From an uncultured bacterium (lineage in GTDB: Bacteria > Zhuqueibacterota > QNDG01 > DSAB01), in contig CAZIAH010000002.1 in NCBI GenBank assembly GCA_964537715.1, positions 536 through 64,535 of the forward strand: 64,000 bases of DNA, in the 5' to 3' direction. Position 1 is the first letter of the stretch. Every line of letters begins with the position of its first letter. A program made the translations under genes and the position numbers. Under the pieces are notes generated by a model. It had not been told where the DNA came from. It saw only the letters and a program-made list of their open reading frames with translations, and ran no database searches. Shown here piece by piece: positions 30,401 through 38,625 of the stretch.

Positions 30401-32534
30401 GAGTCAGGGCGAGGATTTTCTGGATGCCGATTTCGGTTTCATGGCTGCCGATTCTGGCGTCATCGGGAATTATACCTGGCACGATGAGAATTGGGATGCA
30501 AATCAGGACCCGTTCGAAACGCCTCTTTCTACGGTCAGAGTTTTTCTCTATCTGGATGATGTACTGATCGACAGTTTGCAGACCGACGGATTCGGACTCT
30601 ATTATTTTACCCATCTTCCACCGGGAGAGTATACCGTCAAGGCGAATCGGTATGTGCAGCTTCCGTCGGGCGGGTATCAAATTACGACTGTGGATTCCAT
30701 GCATGTCGCTCTGGCTGCCGGTGAGGTTTTTCTCGATGCCGATTTCGGATTTGCCTACCCCGAAGAGGACTGGGGTAGAGGACGGCGCTATCTGTTGGCC
30801 CGGTATCAGCCGTGGTACGGGGATGCGGAGAGCGATTCCACGCTTCGTCACTGGCTTCCCGATTATTATGGCGGCTATGCCGATACTTCCTTGTTTGACC
30901 GGTATGATTCCTACGATCCGTACATCTGGGAGTACCATATTCTCGCCGCCTGGGCCTGCGGTATCGACGGATTTGCCGTAGACTGGTATGGGAAGGATGT
31001 TTACGAAAATCCGGGGATAAACGGATTGCTCGATGAAGCGGATATTTTGTATCAAAAATACAATATCTTTGGCTTCAATTTTGAGATCGCGGCTTCCTAT
31101 AACGAAAAGGCATTCGGAGAGATGGAATTCAATTTCGAATATATCGGAGATTCCTTGATGACACATCCGGCATACTGGGGAACAAGACGGCAGGTGCGCC
31201 GACCGCTTTTTCTGTATAATACGGATGTTCCCATTTATACTCCGGCGGACTACAGTGTCTGTGCCGATACGACGCTGCCTTCGGATGTTTTTCTCCTTTG
31301 GAACGGAACCGAACCGGAATGTTTCGATCCAATCGATGTGTGTTATCCCTGGGTACAGCCTTTGAACGGTCAGTGGGATACCGAGGGTATGGAATGGGGC
31401 GAATCCTATATTGATACTACTTACTGGCGGGAGAATGAATTGCCCGATCCGGGTGATCTGCTCTTTGCGCTTGGGGGTGTCTGGCCCGGTTTTGACGACA
31501 GGGAATGGTCGTTGGGCGAGAACCATTGGATGAGCCGCCAGGACACTCTGGTCTACAATCTGACCTGGGAAAAAGTTTATAATTACGATTATCCGCTTCA
31601 AATGCCGTGGTGTCTCATCGAAACCTGGAACGATTTGAATCAGGCCACGGAAATCGAACCGAGTGTGGATTGGGATTACAAGTTCAATGTACTGACGAGA
31701 GATCATGCGAGACGGTTCAAAGGGTCCCTGCCTCCGGATTCCGTGGGCGTCAGTAATCTCGGGTTGCTTGTTCCCCAGCATATCCATCAGGCGAGAAGGG
31801 CTGGTGATTTGAGACCGGATGAACTCACGAATATCAATACATTGATCGATCAGGCACTTGGTCATTTCTTCAACAGAGATCATTTGAAAGCATTGTCGGT
31901 GGCCGATCAGGCAGCAGGGATTGCACCCAAACCGATTACCATCGTGTCGGTCGGGAATACTTCCGTTGAAATCTCCTGGGAAGCGGCAACGCATGCGAAC
32001 TGCTATCATGTCTATTATTCCGATGAACCATCCCATTTTGAACCATGCAGTTTTACCAAACCCAGGGTGGTTTCTGCTGGCGATGTGACCACTTATGTTT
32101 TGACCGGCCTGGTGCCGGAGACAGAGTATTGGGTGGCTGTGACTGCTGCAGATACTCTGCTTGGTCCTTATGCGAATGACAGCTGGTATGAGAATACTGT
32201 TACCGGTGCCGGAATCAAAACGTTTAAAACGACAGGAACAAGCAGTGTCGAAAACGGCTCCGGCATACCCAAGAAGTTCGCATTGTATCATAATTATCCG
32301 AATCCTTTCAATCCGGTTACGACCATTCGGTACGATCTGCCCAAGAATCAACATGTGAATCTGGTGCTGTTCGATATTCGGGGCAGGGAAGTCAAAAGAC
32401 TGGTCGATGAAGTTCAGAAAGCGGGTGTCTATACGATTCAACTGGATGGTGGTACGCTGCCGAGCGGCATTTATTTCTATCGTTTGACAACGGAAAAGTT
32501 TACCAAGGTCAGGAAAATGATGCTCCTTAAATAA
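24486..32534 (+). CDS. Giant secreted adhesin-like protein: 6 GEVED repeats, 3 DUF11/7507-like repeats, 5 SdrD-B repeats, GH99/GH71-like domain, FN3, CTD
   Basis: RBS GGAGG before ATG 24486 (track start 24420); signal peptide; DFGDAP...GEVEDY x6; IHIEK.T.GQDAD.PTGP...WTY.VTN.G x3; GSIGDYVW.D x5; LARYQPWYG...GIDGFAVDWY...VWPGFDD...ETWND; HNYPNPFNP CTD. Confidence 0.9.
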   Translation: MKFGRCFKENFFIGVWIVVFLLCLHISPVLSQVVNIPDAVGDVGIPVDATIPTPPAGTISGWDMQLVRLTYNSSTDVMSVFMDFDGIGGDADDDGDPGGTSAWLAVRGGTDHANLSGPEALCIGFDSDNDFQAEFVVGVSNSTSMDFSNFAIHNCNGAALYSPQTSVLWGTKIADITDAAWSSGDLSFTIPNFSTMPGFSFTPGESFTVRLMAFAGSDDDDGIGEDKVPNSPGEVDFFADYGDAPAPYPTLKADNGAYHVINYSLTLGASIDGEADGQPNAGATGDDIDGNDDEDGVTFLTNLVRSQQATVRVNASASGKLDAWIDFNDDGDWADSGEKVFDNVSVSSGNNDLTFTVPATATITTQTFSRFRLSSAGGLSYTGKGDDGEVEDYAVEIRDYLDFGDAPETNYPTTLTNNGPRHQIQSGVRLGSSIDNEFDGQPNSGATGDDIAGIDDEDGVAFPSGLVQGANSSVNVTASVAGYLHAWVDWNDDGDWDDAGEKVFNNQILSPGVNNLSISVPWDAQLGQTYSRFRFVTGSTPGMAYTGLASTGEVEDYVVTISEQIDFGDAPDPTYPTYLANDGARHRMDGSHFLGSSVDSESDGQPTSGADGDDTDGNDDEDGVTFTSQLVPALTTTLNVSANAAGLLSGWVDFNRDGDWNDTGEQVFNNESLSAGVNSLSFAVPYGAQSGDTYARFRFSTNSGLSTTGYIDNGEVEDYLVTIQPGRDYGDAPDPAYPTLLASSGAYHTISSGFYLGGSIDAEADGQPTVGADGDDINGIDDEDGVVFNSTLRPYQSASITVTASQAGQLDAWIDFNDDGDWNDASEKVFDDYALSAGSNPLSFTVPGTAVPTSQTYARFRFSSAGGLGVTGGASDGEVEDYTHGIGAAQDFGDAPATYPVLLADNGARHDLGSGLRFGASVDGDPDGQPTTGATGDDTDGNDDEDGVSFDTPLVQYQQAQITVNASGAARLDAWIDYNDDGDWNDSGERIFNNRSLSAGNNVLNFTVPGTATVTSQTYARFRISSSGGLFPSGQASDGEVEDYEIEIEVAQDFGDVPDPTYPVLLASNGARHTIVSGFRLGGSIDGEADGQPSAGATGDDTNGTDDEDGVTLPSSIVPGTTAYVTVNASSAGKLDAWIDFNDDGDWGDTNEKIFNNLDVSAGDNNLSFSVPLSASAPSATFARFRFSSTGGLGVTDLASDGEVEDYTVNIETASPSIHIEKATEGQDADLPTGPFIPVANTVHWTYTVTNTGNVPLASVAVTDDNGTPGVPGDDFNPTFLGGDTNGNSLLDTYETWNYQAQGVAVSGQYGNDADVLGRFNSIPYTDHDPSHYFGYYAGIHIEKSTNGQDADDPTGPQVPVNSTVTWDYTVTNLGNVGLTNVSIMDDAGSPGNPGDNFNPTFIGGNIDGDDSLDVSETWLYRATGSAGSGQYENVALVTGRDPGSHTVSDDDTSHYFGYSMGIHIEKATNGEDADDPTGPAIPFGDSVTWTYVVTNTGAVPLGNVQVTDDQGVSVSFLNGDSNANDSLDVIETWNYEGSGSATWGQYANLGSVQGTDWQGYMANDDDSSHYIGYYTGSIGDYVWIDKDEDSVQDADESGIPDVELWLIQGTDTLRKDTTNAAGIYDFTNLPVGNYIVDVNEASLPADFYLTTHNEPDTVDLAMGEDYNDADFGYRPKGGSIGDYVWHDADGEGDQDPGEKGIPNVKVILRNEAWVVIRMLYTNNTGYYRFSNLYPGTYRVEVDETTLPESYVRTSAVDRYTIDLQAGEIVYYADFGYKGSLGSIGDYVWYDEDGEGDQDESNAGIPDVVLKLIFDNTVIKTDTTDANGAYDFTGLEAGLYVVDVEDSTVPDWYTLTTHNEPDTILLSIAEDYNDADFGYRLKPTGSIGDYVWEDKNRDGNQDGDETGLPEITVGLFDTLGTLLMLDSTDTGGMYLFEELQPGFYVVDVYAADEDMPSNYVCTTNNDPMRVELSQGEDFLDADFGFMAADSGVIGNYTWHDENWDANQDPFETPLSTVRVFLYLDDVLIDSLQTDGFGLYYFTHLPPGEYTVKANRYVQLPSGGYQITTVDSMHVALAAGEVFLDADFGFAYPEEDWGRGRRYLLARYQPWYGDAESDSTLRHWLPDYYGGYADTSLFDRYDSYDPYIWEYHILAAWACGIDGFAVDWYGKDVYENPGINGLLDEADILYQKYNIFGFNFEIAASYNEKAFGEMEFNFEYIGDSLMTHPAYWGTRRQVRRPLFLYNTDVPIYTPADYSVCADTTLPSDVFLLWNGTEPECFDPIDVCYPWVQPLNGQWDTEGMEWGESYIDTTYWRENELPDPGDLLFALGGVWPGFDDREWSLGENHWMSRQDTLVYNLTWEKVYNYDYPLQMPWCLIETWNDLNQATEIEPSVDWDYKFNVLTRDHARRFKGSLPPDSVGVSNLGLLVPQHIHQARRAGDLRPDELTNINTLIDQALGHFFNRDHLKALSVADQAAGIAPKPITIVSVGNTSVEISWEAATHANCYHVYYSDEPSHFEPCSFTKPRVVSAGDVTTYVLTGLVPETEYWVAVTAADTLLGPYANDSWYENTVTGAGIKTFKTTGTSSVENGSGIPKKFALYHNYPNPFNPVTTIRYDLPKNQHVNLVLFDIRGREVKRLVDEVQKAGVYTIQLDGGTLPSGIYFYRLTTEKFTKVRKMMLLK

Positions 32535-32545
32535 AATAGAAAATC

Positions 32546-32589
32546 GAACTGAAGCGTGTGGTTATAGTACTGCGCGCTTCAGTTCTTTT
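32546..32589 (+). terminator. Intrinsic terminator after the giant gene
   Basis: 17-bp stem GAACTGAAGCGTGTGGT / ACTGCGCGCTTCAGTTC (with G-U pairs), then TTTT. Confidence 0.8.
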
Positions 32590-32887
32590 CACAGGAATGT
32601 ACACTGTTTTACAGGTATAATTGTTGCACAATTTCCAAACAAGTGTATTGTGTTATATGTCATGAAAAAAAGGGATCCGGAATAACATGGTATCCCTCTG
32701 TTGTTATAGAATGCAAAATAATTTATCGAGAAAGACAGACGTGAGCATGGGTAATTTAGGATCAAGATTTGGATTCCTCGAACGAATAATTTCCCAGGGT
32801 GTTTTATTGCCTTTGTAGGCATTCTTTCTTGCGATATTGAACCAGATATTGTAAAGAGAAGCCTTTCTGAGGAAATCTTGTCTATCA

Positions 32888-33239
32888 GAGAATGATGGTA
32901 TTGAATTGTATTTTGATGCACAGAATCAAAAAAATAGTGGATACTACGAAAATAAATATAAAAACTTTTACTCCAGATCAATTTGTTCTTCTTCAAAACT
33001 ATCCCAATCCGTTTAATCCAACCACAGAAATCTCATATTCTCTTGATAAAACTGCTAATGTCAAATTGATTGTTTTTGATGTAACCGGAAGGGAGATTCA
33101 AGCTCTCATTGATCAAGTTCAATTCCCCGGCGATCACAAGATCATCTTTGATGGATCTGGCCTGAGTAATGGTGTTTATTTTTATAAACTTGAGACGGAT
33201 CAAAATGTGATGGTGAAAAAGATGGTTTTGGTGAAGTAG
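32888..33239 (+). pseudogene. Remnant of a third CBM9-CTD paralogue
   Basis: The frame at 32888 reads ENDGIELYFDAQNQKNSGYY (CBM9 motif). It is out of frame with an intact CTD (track ORF 32892..33239) that closely resembles those at 17.1-17.4 and 18.7-19.0 kb. No signal peptide. Confidence 0.75.
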
Positions 33240-33426
33240 TCTCAAATGGATGAGGTGTATTTTGATTCTCTGTGATATGCAAGGACTTGAATTCAAAAGA
33301 CGGGTGGAAACATATCAAATGTAGGGATTTTATACAATTGGTCTGAATCTAAACTTAGAGAAGAATTGAGAGGTTAGGGAAATGGCAATAATTTGAAAGA
33401 TCAAATCATTAAAAAATAAATAACTT

Positions 33427-33462
33427 AAATATGCAATACATGAATTGATGTATTGCATATTT
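33427..33462. promoter_or_regulatory. Perfect 15-bp inverted repeat upstream of the EPS operon (operator or AT-rich terminator)
   Basis: AAATATGCAATACAT-gaattg-ATGTATTGCATATTT, followed by further Ts. Confidence 0.5.
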
Positions 33463-33570
33463 TTTTTATTTTTCTTATGGAAGATACATATTATAGCTTG
33501 TAAATTACCATAGTTTTATGGTATAATATTTGTAATAAAAAGTGTAATATTCATTTTAAAAGGATCATAA

Positions 33571-36500
33571 ATGAAAAATAAGTGCTATTCTATCTATACA
33601 TATGTCTTTCTTTATATATTAATCTTTTTTTATTTCCCGATTAATTTATTGTCATATTCAAAGAATCGGCCGGTAGTAAAGGCCATGCCAAACCATTCGA
33701 TGGCAGTACGTTTCGATCCGTCCTATTATTATGATCGTGGTCAGGAAGTGAGTGAACTTTGTGAAACACTGGCTCAAAAATGGTCAGAGGCCGGTATCAA
33801 TCTTCTCTATATCAAAGTTTACGATCCTGTTTATGGAGCTGTTTATCATACTAATTATTCTTTGAATATTCAAACGGATTACGGCCGTCTGGATTTATTA
33901 AGTGCCATGATAAAATCATGTCATGAAAGGCATATTGCTGTATTTGCCTGGATACCAGCATTTCTGCACAAACAGGTCTGGGAGGCCCATCCTGAGTGGC
34001 GGATCAAAGACAAACAAGGGAATGACTATCAGACAGAAATGGAGCCTTATTTACTTTGCACGCGTCATCAAGGATTTCGTCAATGGTGGCTTGGATTCAT
34101 TGATGAACTGGCTGAAAATTATCCTGGACTTGATGGATTTGATATTGCAGAGCCGATTGTAACGTGGAAATATGATGAAGGCTGTTTTTGTGATCTATGT
34201 CAGAAGGCGTATGAAAATTATCTGGCAAACGGAGGTAGCAAATCGACTTTATATCAGGTCCGATCTAAATCCCTCCTTGAGATATTGGAAGAAACAATTC
34301 ATCGGATTCACAAGCATAGGAGAAAGGCCTCCATTACGACGGTCGTTTCAGCGTACAAGAATGGATTGATTTATTCTTCCGAGGAGCAGCGAATGTTGTC
34401 CGGTTTCGATCTGGACGGCATTTTGAATTCTACTCAAAAACCCGATATGATCAATACAGAATTGATCTGGCAGCAGTGGGCGGATGTTTTTCACGATAAA
34501 AAAATATTTACTCCCCGGTGGACCCGGGAAGCCGTGCGTCAGGTTCTTTCTCAAGTGAACGGGCGGGCCGATTTAATTGTTCATGTGGAAATCACGAATT
34601 TTGGAGGGGTGATCGTCAACCAGGATCAGGTTCTCGAGAGTATCACATCCGCATTTCAAGGAGGCGCAAAAGGCATCGACATTTATGATTCGCATCAGGC
34701 AGATGAACAGAATTTGTGGCCTGAATTGACTCGTGTTTTTAAAGCGGTTCCTAAAAAACAAGTGGTTGTCTATTATGATCCAGTGGGTGAAAATGATGCC
34801 AGACAGCTTAAAGTTCTTCTCAATCATTTTAATACAGAGAGCAAACTCATTCCTTTGGAAAAGTCCTTTTCTCCTTATCATGATGCAGAGATGGATGTGA
34901 TTTTTTATGTGGGTGTAGCCAATCGTTCTTCTCTGCCATCAAGGTTTCTTCGTTATATATCCAGAACTCATCATACAGTCTGCTGGATCAACTATAATCT
35001 GTTCTATCTGGGGCAAAAATATTTATCGAAACTGGGGTTTCAATATCAGGGTCAGGATGAAAGATCCCAATATGAAGTACAGTACAAAGGGGCTTGTTTT
35101 ACCAAACTGGATTCATCGATAAACATCATTCGGGTTGATAATCCGGATCAATGCCATGTCCTGGCACAGGTCAGAAAAGATAGCATCGAAGTTCCTTATA
35201 TCATTCAGAGCGGTCATTTTTGGTATGTGGCAGATCTTCCTCTGTCTTATGTGACAGAAGGAGGGCGGCATATTGTCTTTGCGGATTTGCTTCATGATAT
35301 CCTGAATGAAAATCATCAGGAACGGCATCTGGCCCTGGTCAGAATTGAGGATGTCAATCCCCAATCTTCCCCGGAGAGCCTTCGGGGGATTGCAGATTTC
35401 CTCAGTTCAAAAAATATACCTTTCTCAGTAGGACTCACACCCTTTTATCTGGATCCGTCGACCAACACAGCTGTTTCGCTTTCTGATCGGCCTGAATTGA
35501 CCGAGGCGTTGAGATACATGGTTTCTAAAGGCGGAACAATCGTATTGCATGGATGCACACACCAGTACCGTGGTCAGTCTTGTATTGATTATGAATTTTG
35601 GGATGGTATTGAAGATCGGCCTCTTTTTGAAGACTCAGAAGAATATGTCCGAAATCGTTTGGATAAAGCTCTGGATGAATGTCTTCATAACGGTATCTAT
35701 CCCTTGATATGGGAAACGCCCCATTATGCAGCTTCATTGTTTGATTATCGAATCATTAGTCAGTATTTCAGCACTTCATATGAGAGAAGGCAGACCTCGG
35801 ATGTTCTTGGAAGCGATCAGCTTCTTCCCTTTATTACCCGTTCTCTGTTTACCAATACATTGATCATTCCGGAAAATCTTGGATATATTCCTGTCGAGAA
35901 TCCTTCTCCGGAAAATGTGATCACAGCTGCCGAGAAAAATTTGGCTGTGAGAGATGGGTTTGCCAGCTTTTTCTTTCATCCATTTCTGGACCTAGAGATA
36001 CTCAAGGAGGCAGTAAAGAGAATCGAGAAATTGGGATATACTTTTGCCAATGTTCGTTCATTTAACAGTTGTGTTGCCGGTTCTTCCTGTTTTATTGCCA
36101 GCGGACAAAATGAAATGAAACTAGATTTAAATAGTCAATACTTTGAAGAATTTTACTTAACACATAACGGTAAGATCGAAAACCGTTATACCAGTGAAGC
36201 GAAATTGACCGAGCCAATTCATAAAATAGTAACCTGTCCTGCTGGCTGGATGTATATCGGACAGGCTTTAAAGACCAAAGAGGCAACATTTGTTCCCAGT
36301 GAGTGGAATTCTTTTTTAAAAGCACCCTTCAAAATAGGGAATCTTTGGCGAGCCGATCCGCTGGTCGGTATCAAAACGCCTGTCGTTCCTTTATTTATTA
36401 TTGATCTGGATGCACAGGGTGATGAGGCTGTCAGTCAGGAAAGTCTTTTAAAGACTTTTGAATCGGTGGGAATTGACTTTCAAACCACATCAGTTAAGAA

Positions 36501-38598
36501 TTTTATCGAGATTCCTGAGTCCGTTAATCTCATTGTAATCCCCTATGCGGCGGGCAAGCATCTGACTGAACAGCAGAATCTCTTTATTATCCGTGAGCTG
36601 GCAAATGGGAACAACCTGATTTTGGAAAAAGAAACCGACCTGAGTACACGCATTGGTATCGTATCTGTGGGAGGTTATAAAAATGCGAGCACCGTACAGG
36701 ATGAATATTATCCGCAAGTAGATATTCACTGGAAAGAAAATGACCGTTATCGAAATTTCGATGTTCCGATCGAGTATGTAACCTATTATTCCGAAAGAAC
36801 AAATCGAGATCCACTGGTTATCGGGGGTGAATATGGAGAAGGCAAGTATCTCTATATTGCCACATTTTTTGATCCAACGACATCCAGAGGGTATGGCCGA
36901 TATCCATACTTTTGTGATCTCATACAGAGAGAATTTGATCTTTGGCCAGTGATGAAAAAGGAGTGTGCTGAAGTCTATTTTGAGCCGGGCGACCGGGAAG
37001 ATATCAGTATTGAAGATCTGGTCAAAATGTGGAAAGAGAGTGGATTCAGAATTATTTATGTGGCTGGCTGGCATGTCTATCAGCAATGGACCTACGATTA
37101 TGAAAGGCTTATCAAGTTGGCGCATGAGAATGCTATGCTGGTGTATCTCTGGCTGGAACTTCCTCATGTGAATCAAAAATTTTGGGACGAACACCCTCAA
37201 TGGCGAGAAATAACCGCCACCGGAGAAGAGGCTTTTGTTGATTGGCGTCGACTGATGGCATTAACGATTGATTCGTGTCGTGAAGCAGTGTATCAAGAAT
37301 TGTCCGGTCTGATCGATCGATATGATTGGGATGGCATCAATCTAGCGGAACTCTATTTTGAATCAGCCTATGATTGGCAGACATACAGTCCAGTAGGGCC
37401 TGAACGTCCTGAAAATTTTACACCCATGCATCCTTCCGTACGCGCAGATTTTCGGAAACGGTATCATTTTGATCCGGTGGATCTCTTCAATCAAAAGTCT
37501 GTGCACTATTGGCGCCAAAATATGAAAGACTGGAATGTTTTTGAGAAGTATCGAGAGCAATTGGTCGTAAAACTTCATCGGGAATTCCTGCAATTTCTGC
37601 ACAGGGAAAGTGATCAAAAAGATTTGGATATGGAAATATTGGTCACTGTGTTGGATGATATTCTTGGGAAGAATATCGGCAGGGGTACGGGAACAGATAC
37701 GAAAGGGATCATTGCACTTCAGAATCAATTCCCCTTTACTTTGCAGATAGAGGACCCAGCACAGTTATGGAATTTGAAGCCCGACCGATATAAGTTGCTT
37801 TCAGATACTTATGATCCCATGATGAATGACGGATCTTTGATTTTGGATATTAATATTGTACCCTTCCGTAACCTGAAGCGAAGCTTGTCGCCTACCCAAC
37901 AACAAACAGGTGTTGAACTCAATCAGTTAATGCGATATGCTTTTCAGGATAGCAACCGGGTTGCTTTGTACTCAGAATCCACTATCTATACGGTTGATCT
38001 CCCCTGGATTTCTTACGTTTTAGGGAGAAATGCAAAAGAAAATATTTCAGAGTTTGAGTGGCAAGTACAGACCAAGCAGACGGTTGTTGCCGATTTGGAT
38101 CCTGACAGCCACAAAAATATCTATTTGGACGATCATTTTTGGCCTGCATATTATAAAGGACACATCATTATTCCGACGGGTAATCATAGAATTCGTTCGT
38201 TGAATAAAGTCGATAATCTAAAAAGCACATTTGTTCCTTCAACTCGACTGATTGATATGAGCGGAGAGTTGCGCCGATGCAATTTGTTCTCACAGGGATT
38301 GGATATCTTATATGAATCCAAAATCAGGAATTATATCGTTATCAATGAAGAACCGATAAAAATTCTTTTGGACGGAAAACTGTTTCATCCTAAAATATTC
38401 AACGGGCTTGTAGGATTTACGCTGCAATTGCCGGCCGGATCGCATATGGCCAAAATTTATACAAAAAGCAAGGGTTCGTATTCATTAAGAAACATCAGTA
38501 TCATTACTTCTATGTCTATTGTTGCTATCAGTTTTATGGCCGGTTCTGTTCTTCTTGTGCTTTATGTGGCCAGGTTTAAAAGGAGAAAGAATACCTAA
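33571..38598 (+). CDS. Multidomain periplasmic polysaccharide-processing protein: GH-like barrel, DUF2334/YdaL-like deacetylase, second GH-like barrel, C-terminal TM
   Basis: Signal sequence; DLLSAMIKSCHERHIAVFAW...LDGFDIAEP; ALVRIEDVNP, IVLHGCTHQY, WETPHY, FFHPF; YERLIKLAHENAMLVYLW...WDGINLAE; hydrophobic helix plus RFKRRK tail. Confidence 0.75.
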   Translation: MKNKCYSIYTYVFLYILIFFYFPINLLSYSKNRPVVKAMPNHSMAVRFDPSYYYDRGQEVSELCETLAQKWSEAGINLLYIKVYDPVYGAVYHTNYSLNIQTDYGRLDLLSAMIKSCHERHIAVFAWIPAFLHKQVWEAHPEWRIKDKQGNDYQTEMEPYLLCTRHQGFRQWWLGFIDELAENYPGLDGFDIAEPIVTWKYDEGCFCDLCQKAYENYLANGGSKSTLYQVRSKSLLEILEETIHRIHKHRRKASITTVVSAYKNGLIYSSEEQRMLSGFDLDGILNSTQKPDMINTELIWQQWADVFHDKKIFTPRWTREAVRQVLSQVNGRADLIVHVEITNFGGVIVNQDQVLESITSAFQGGAKGIDIYDSHQADEQNLWPELTRVFKAVPKKQVVVYYDPVGENDARQLKVLLNHFNTESKLIPLEKSFSPYHDAEMDVIFYVGVANRSSLPSRFLRYISRTHHTVCWINYNLFYLGQKYLSKLGFQYQGQDERSQYEVQYKGACFTKLDSSINIIRVDNPDQCHVLAQVRKDSIEVPYIIQSGHFWYVADLPLSYVTEGGRHIVFADLLHDILNENHQERHLALVRIEDVNPQSSPESLRGIADFLSSKNIPFSVGLTPFYLDPSTNTAVSLSDRPELTEALRYMVSKGGTIVLHGCTHQYRGQSCIDYEFWDGIEDRPLFEDSEEYVRNRLDKALDECLHNGIYPLIWETPHYAASLFDYRIISQYFSTSYERRQTSDVLGSDQLLPFITRSLFTNTLIIPENLGYIPVENPSPENVITAAEKNLAVRDGFASFFFHPFLDLEILKEAVKRIEKLGYTFANVRSFNSCVAGSSCFIASGQNEMKLDLNSQYFEEFYLTHNGKIENRYTSEAKLTEPIHKIVTCPAGWMYIGQALKTKEATFVPSEWNSFLKAPFKIGNLWRADPLVGIKTPVVPLFIIDLDAQGDEAVSQESLLKTFESVGIDFQTTSVKNFIEIPESVNLIVIPYAAGKHLTEQQNLFIIRELANGNNLILEKETDLSTRIGIVSVGGYKNASTVQDEYYPQVDIHWKENDRYRNFDVPIEYVTYYSERTNRDPLVIGGEYGEGKYLYIATFFDPTTSRGYGRYPYFCDLIQREFDLWPVMKKECAEVYFEPGDREDISIEDLVKMWKESGFRIIYVAGWHVYQQWTYDYERLIKLAHENAMLVYLWLELPHVNQKFWDEHPQWREITATGEEAFVDWRRLMALTIDSCREAVYQELSGLIDRYDWDGINLAELYFESAYDWQTYSPVGPERPENFTPMHPSVRADFRKRYHFDPVDLFNQKSVHYWRQNMKDWNVFEKYREQLVVKLHREFLQFLHRESDQKDLDMEILVTVLDDILGKNIGRGTGTDTKGIIALQNQFPFTLQIEDPAQLWNLKPDRYKLLSDTYDPMMNDGSLILDINIVPFRNLKRSLSPTQQQTGVELNQLMRYAFQDSNRVALYSESTIYTVDLPWISYVLGRNAKENISEFEWQVQTKQTVVADLDPDSHKNIYLDDHFWPAYYKGHIIIPTGNHRIRSLNKVDNLKSTFVPSTRLIDMSGELRRCNLFSQGLDILYESKIRNYIVINEEPIKILLDGKLFHPKIFNGLVGFTLQLPAGSHMAKIYTKSKGSYSLRNISIITSMSIVAISFMAGSVLLVLYVARFKRRKNT

Positions 38599-38625
38599 AA
38601 CAAATGTAAATTGTGAGGAAAATAA

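Noticed and set aside
25200-30760. Repeats in the giant gene and propeller genes considered as CRISPR or DGR
   Set aside because: They are in-frame protein domain repeats; no spacers, cas genes, reverse transcriptase or adenine-specific variation.
30228-32441. 737-aa minus-strand ORF and many other long antisense ORFs (e.g. 25065-25940, 54498-55391)
   Set aside because: They lie opposite well-supported genes, show no recognisable motifs and reflect codon bias.
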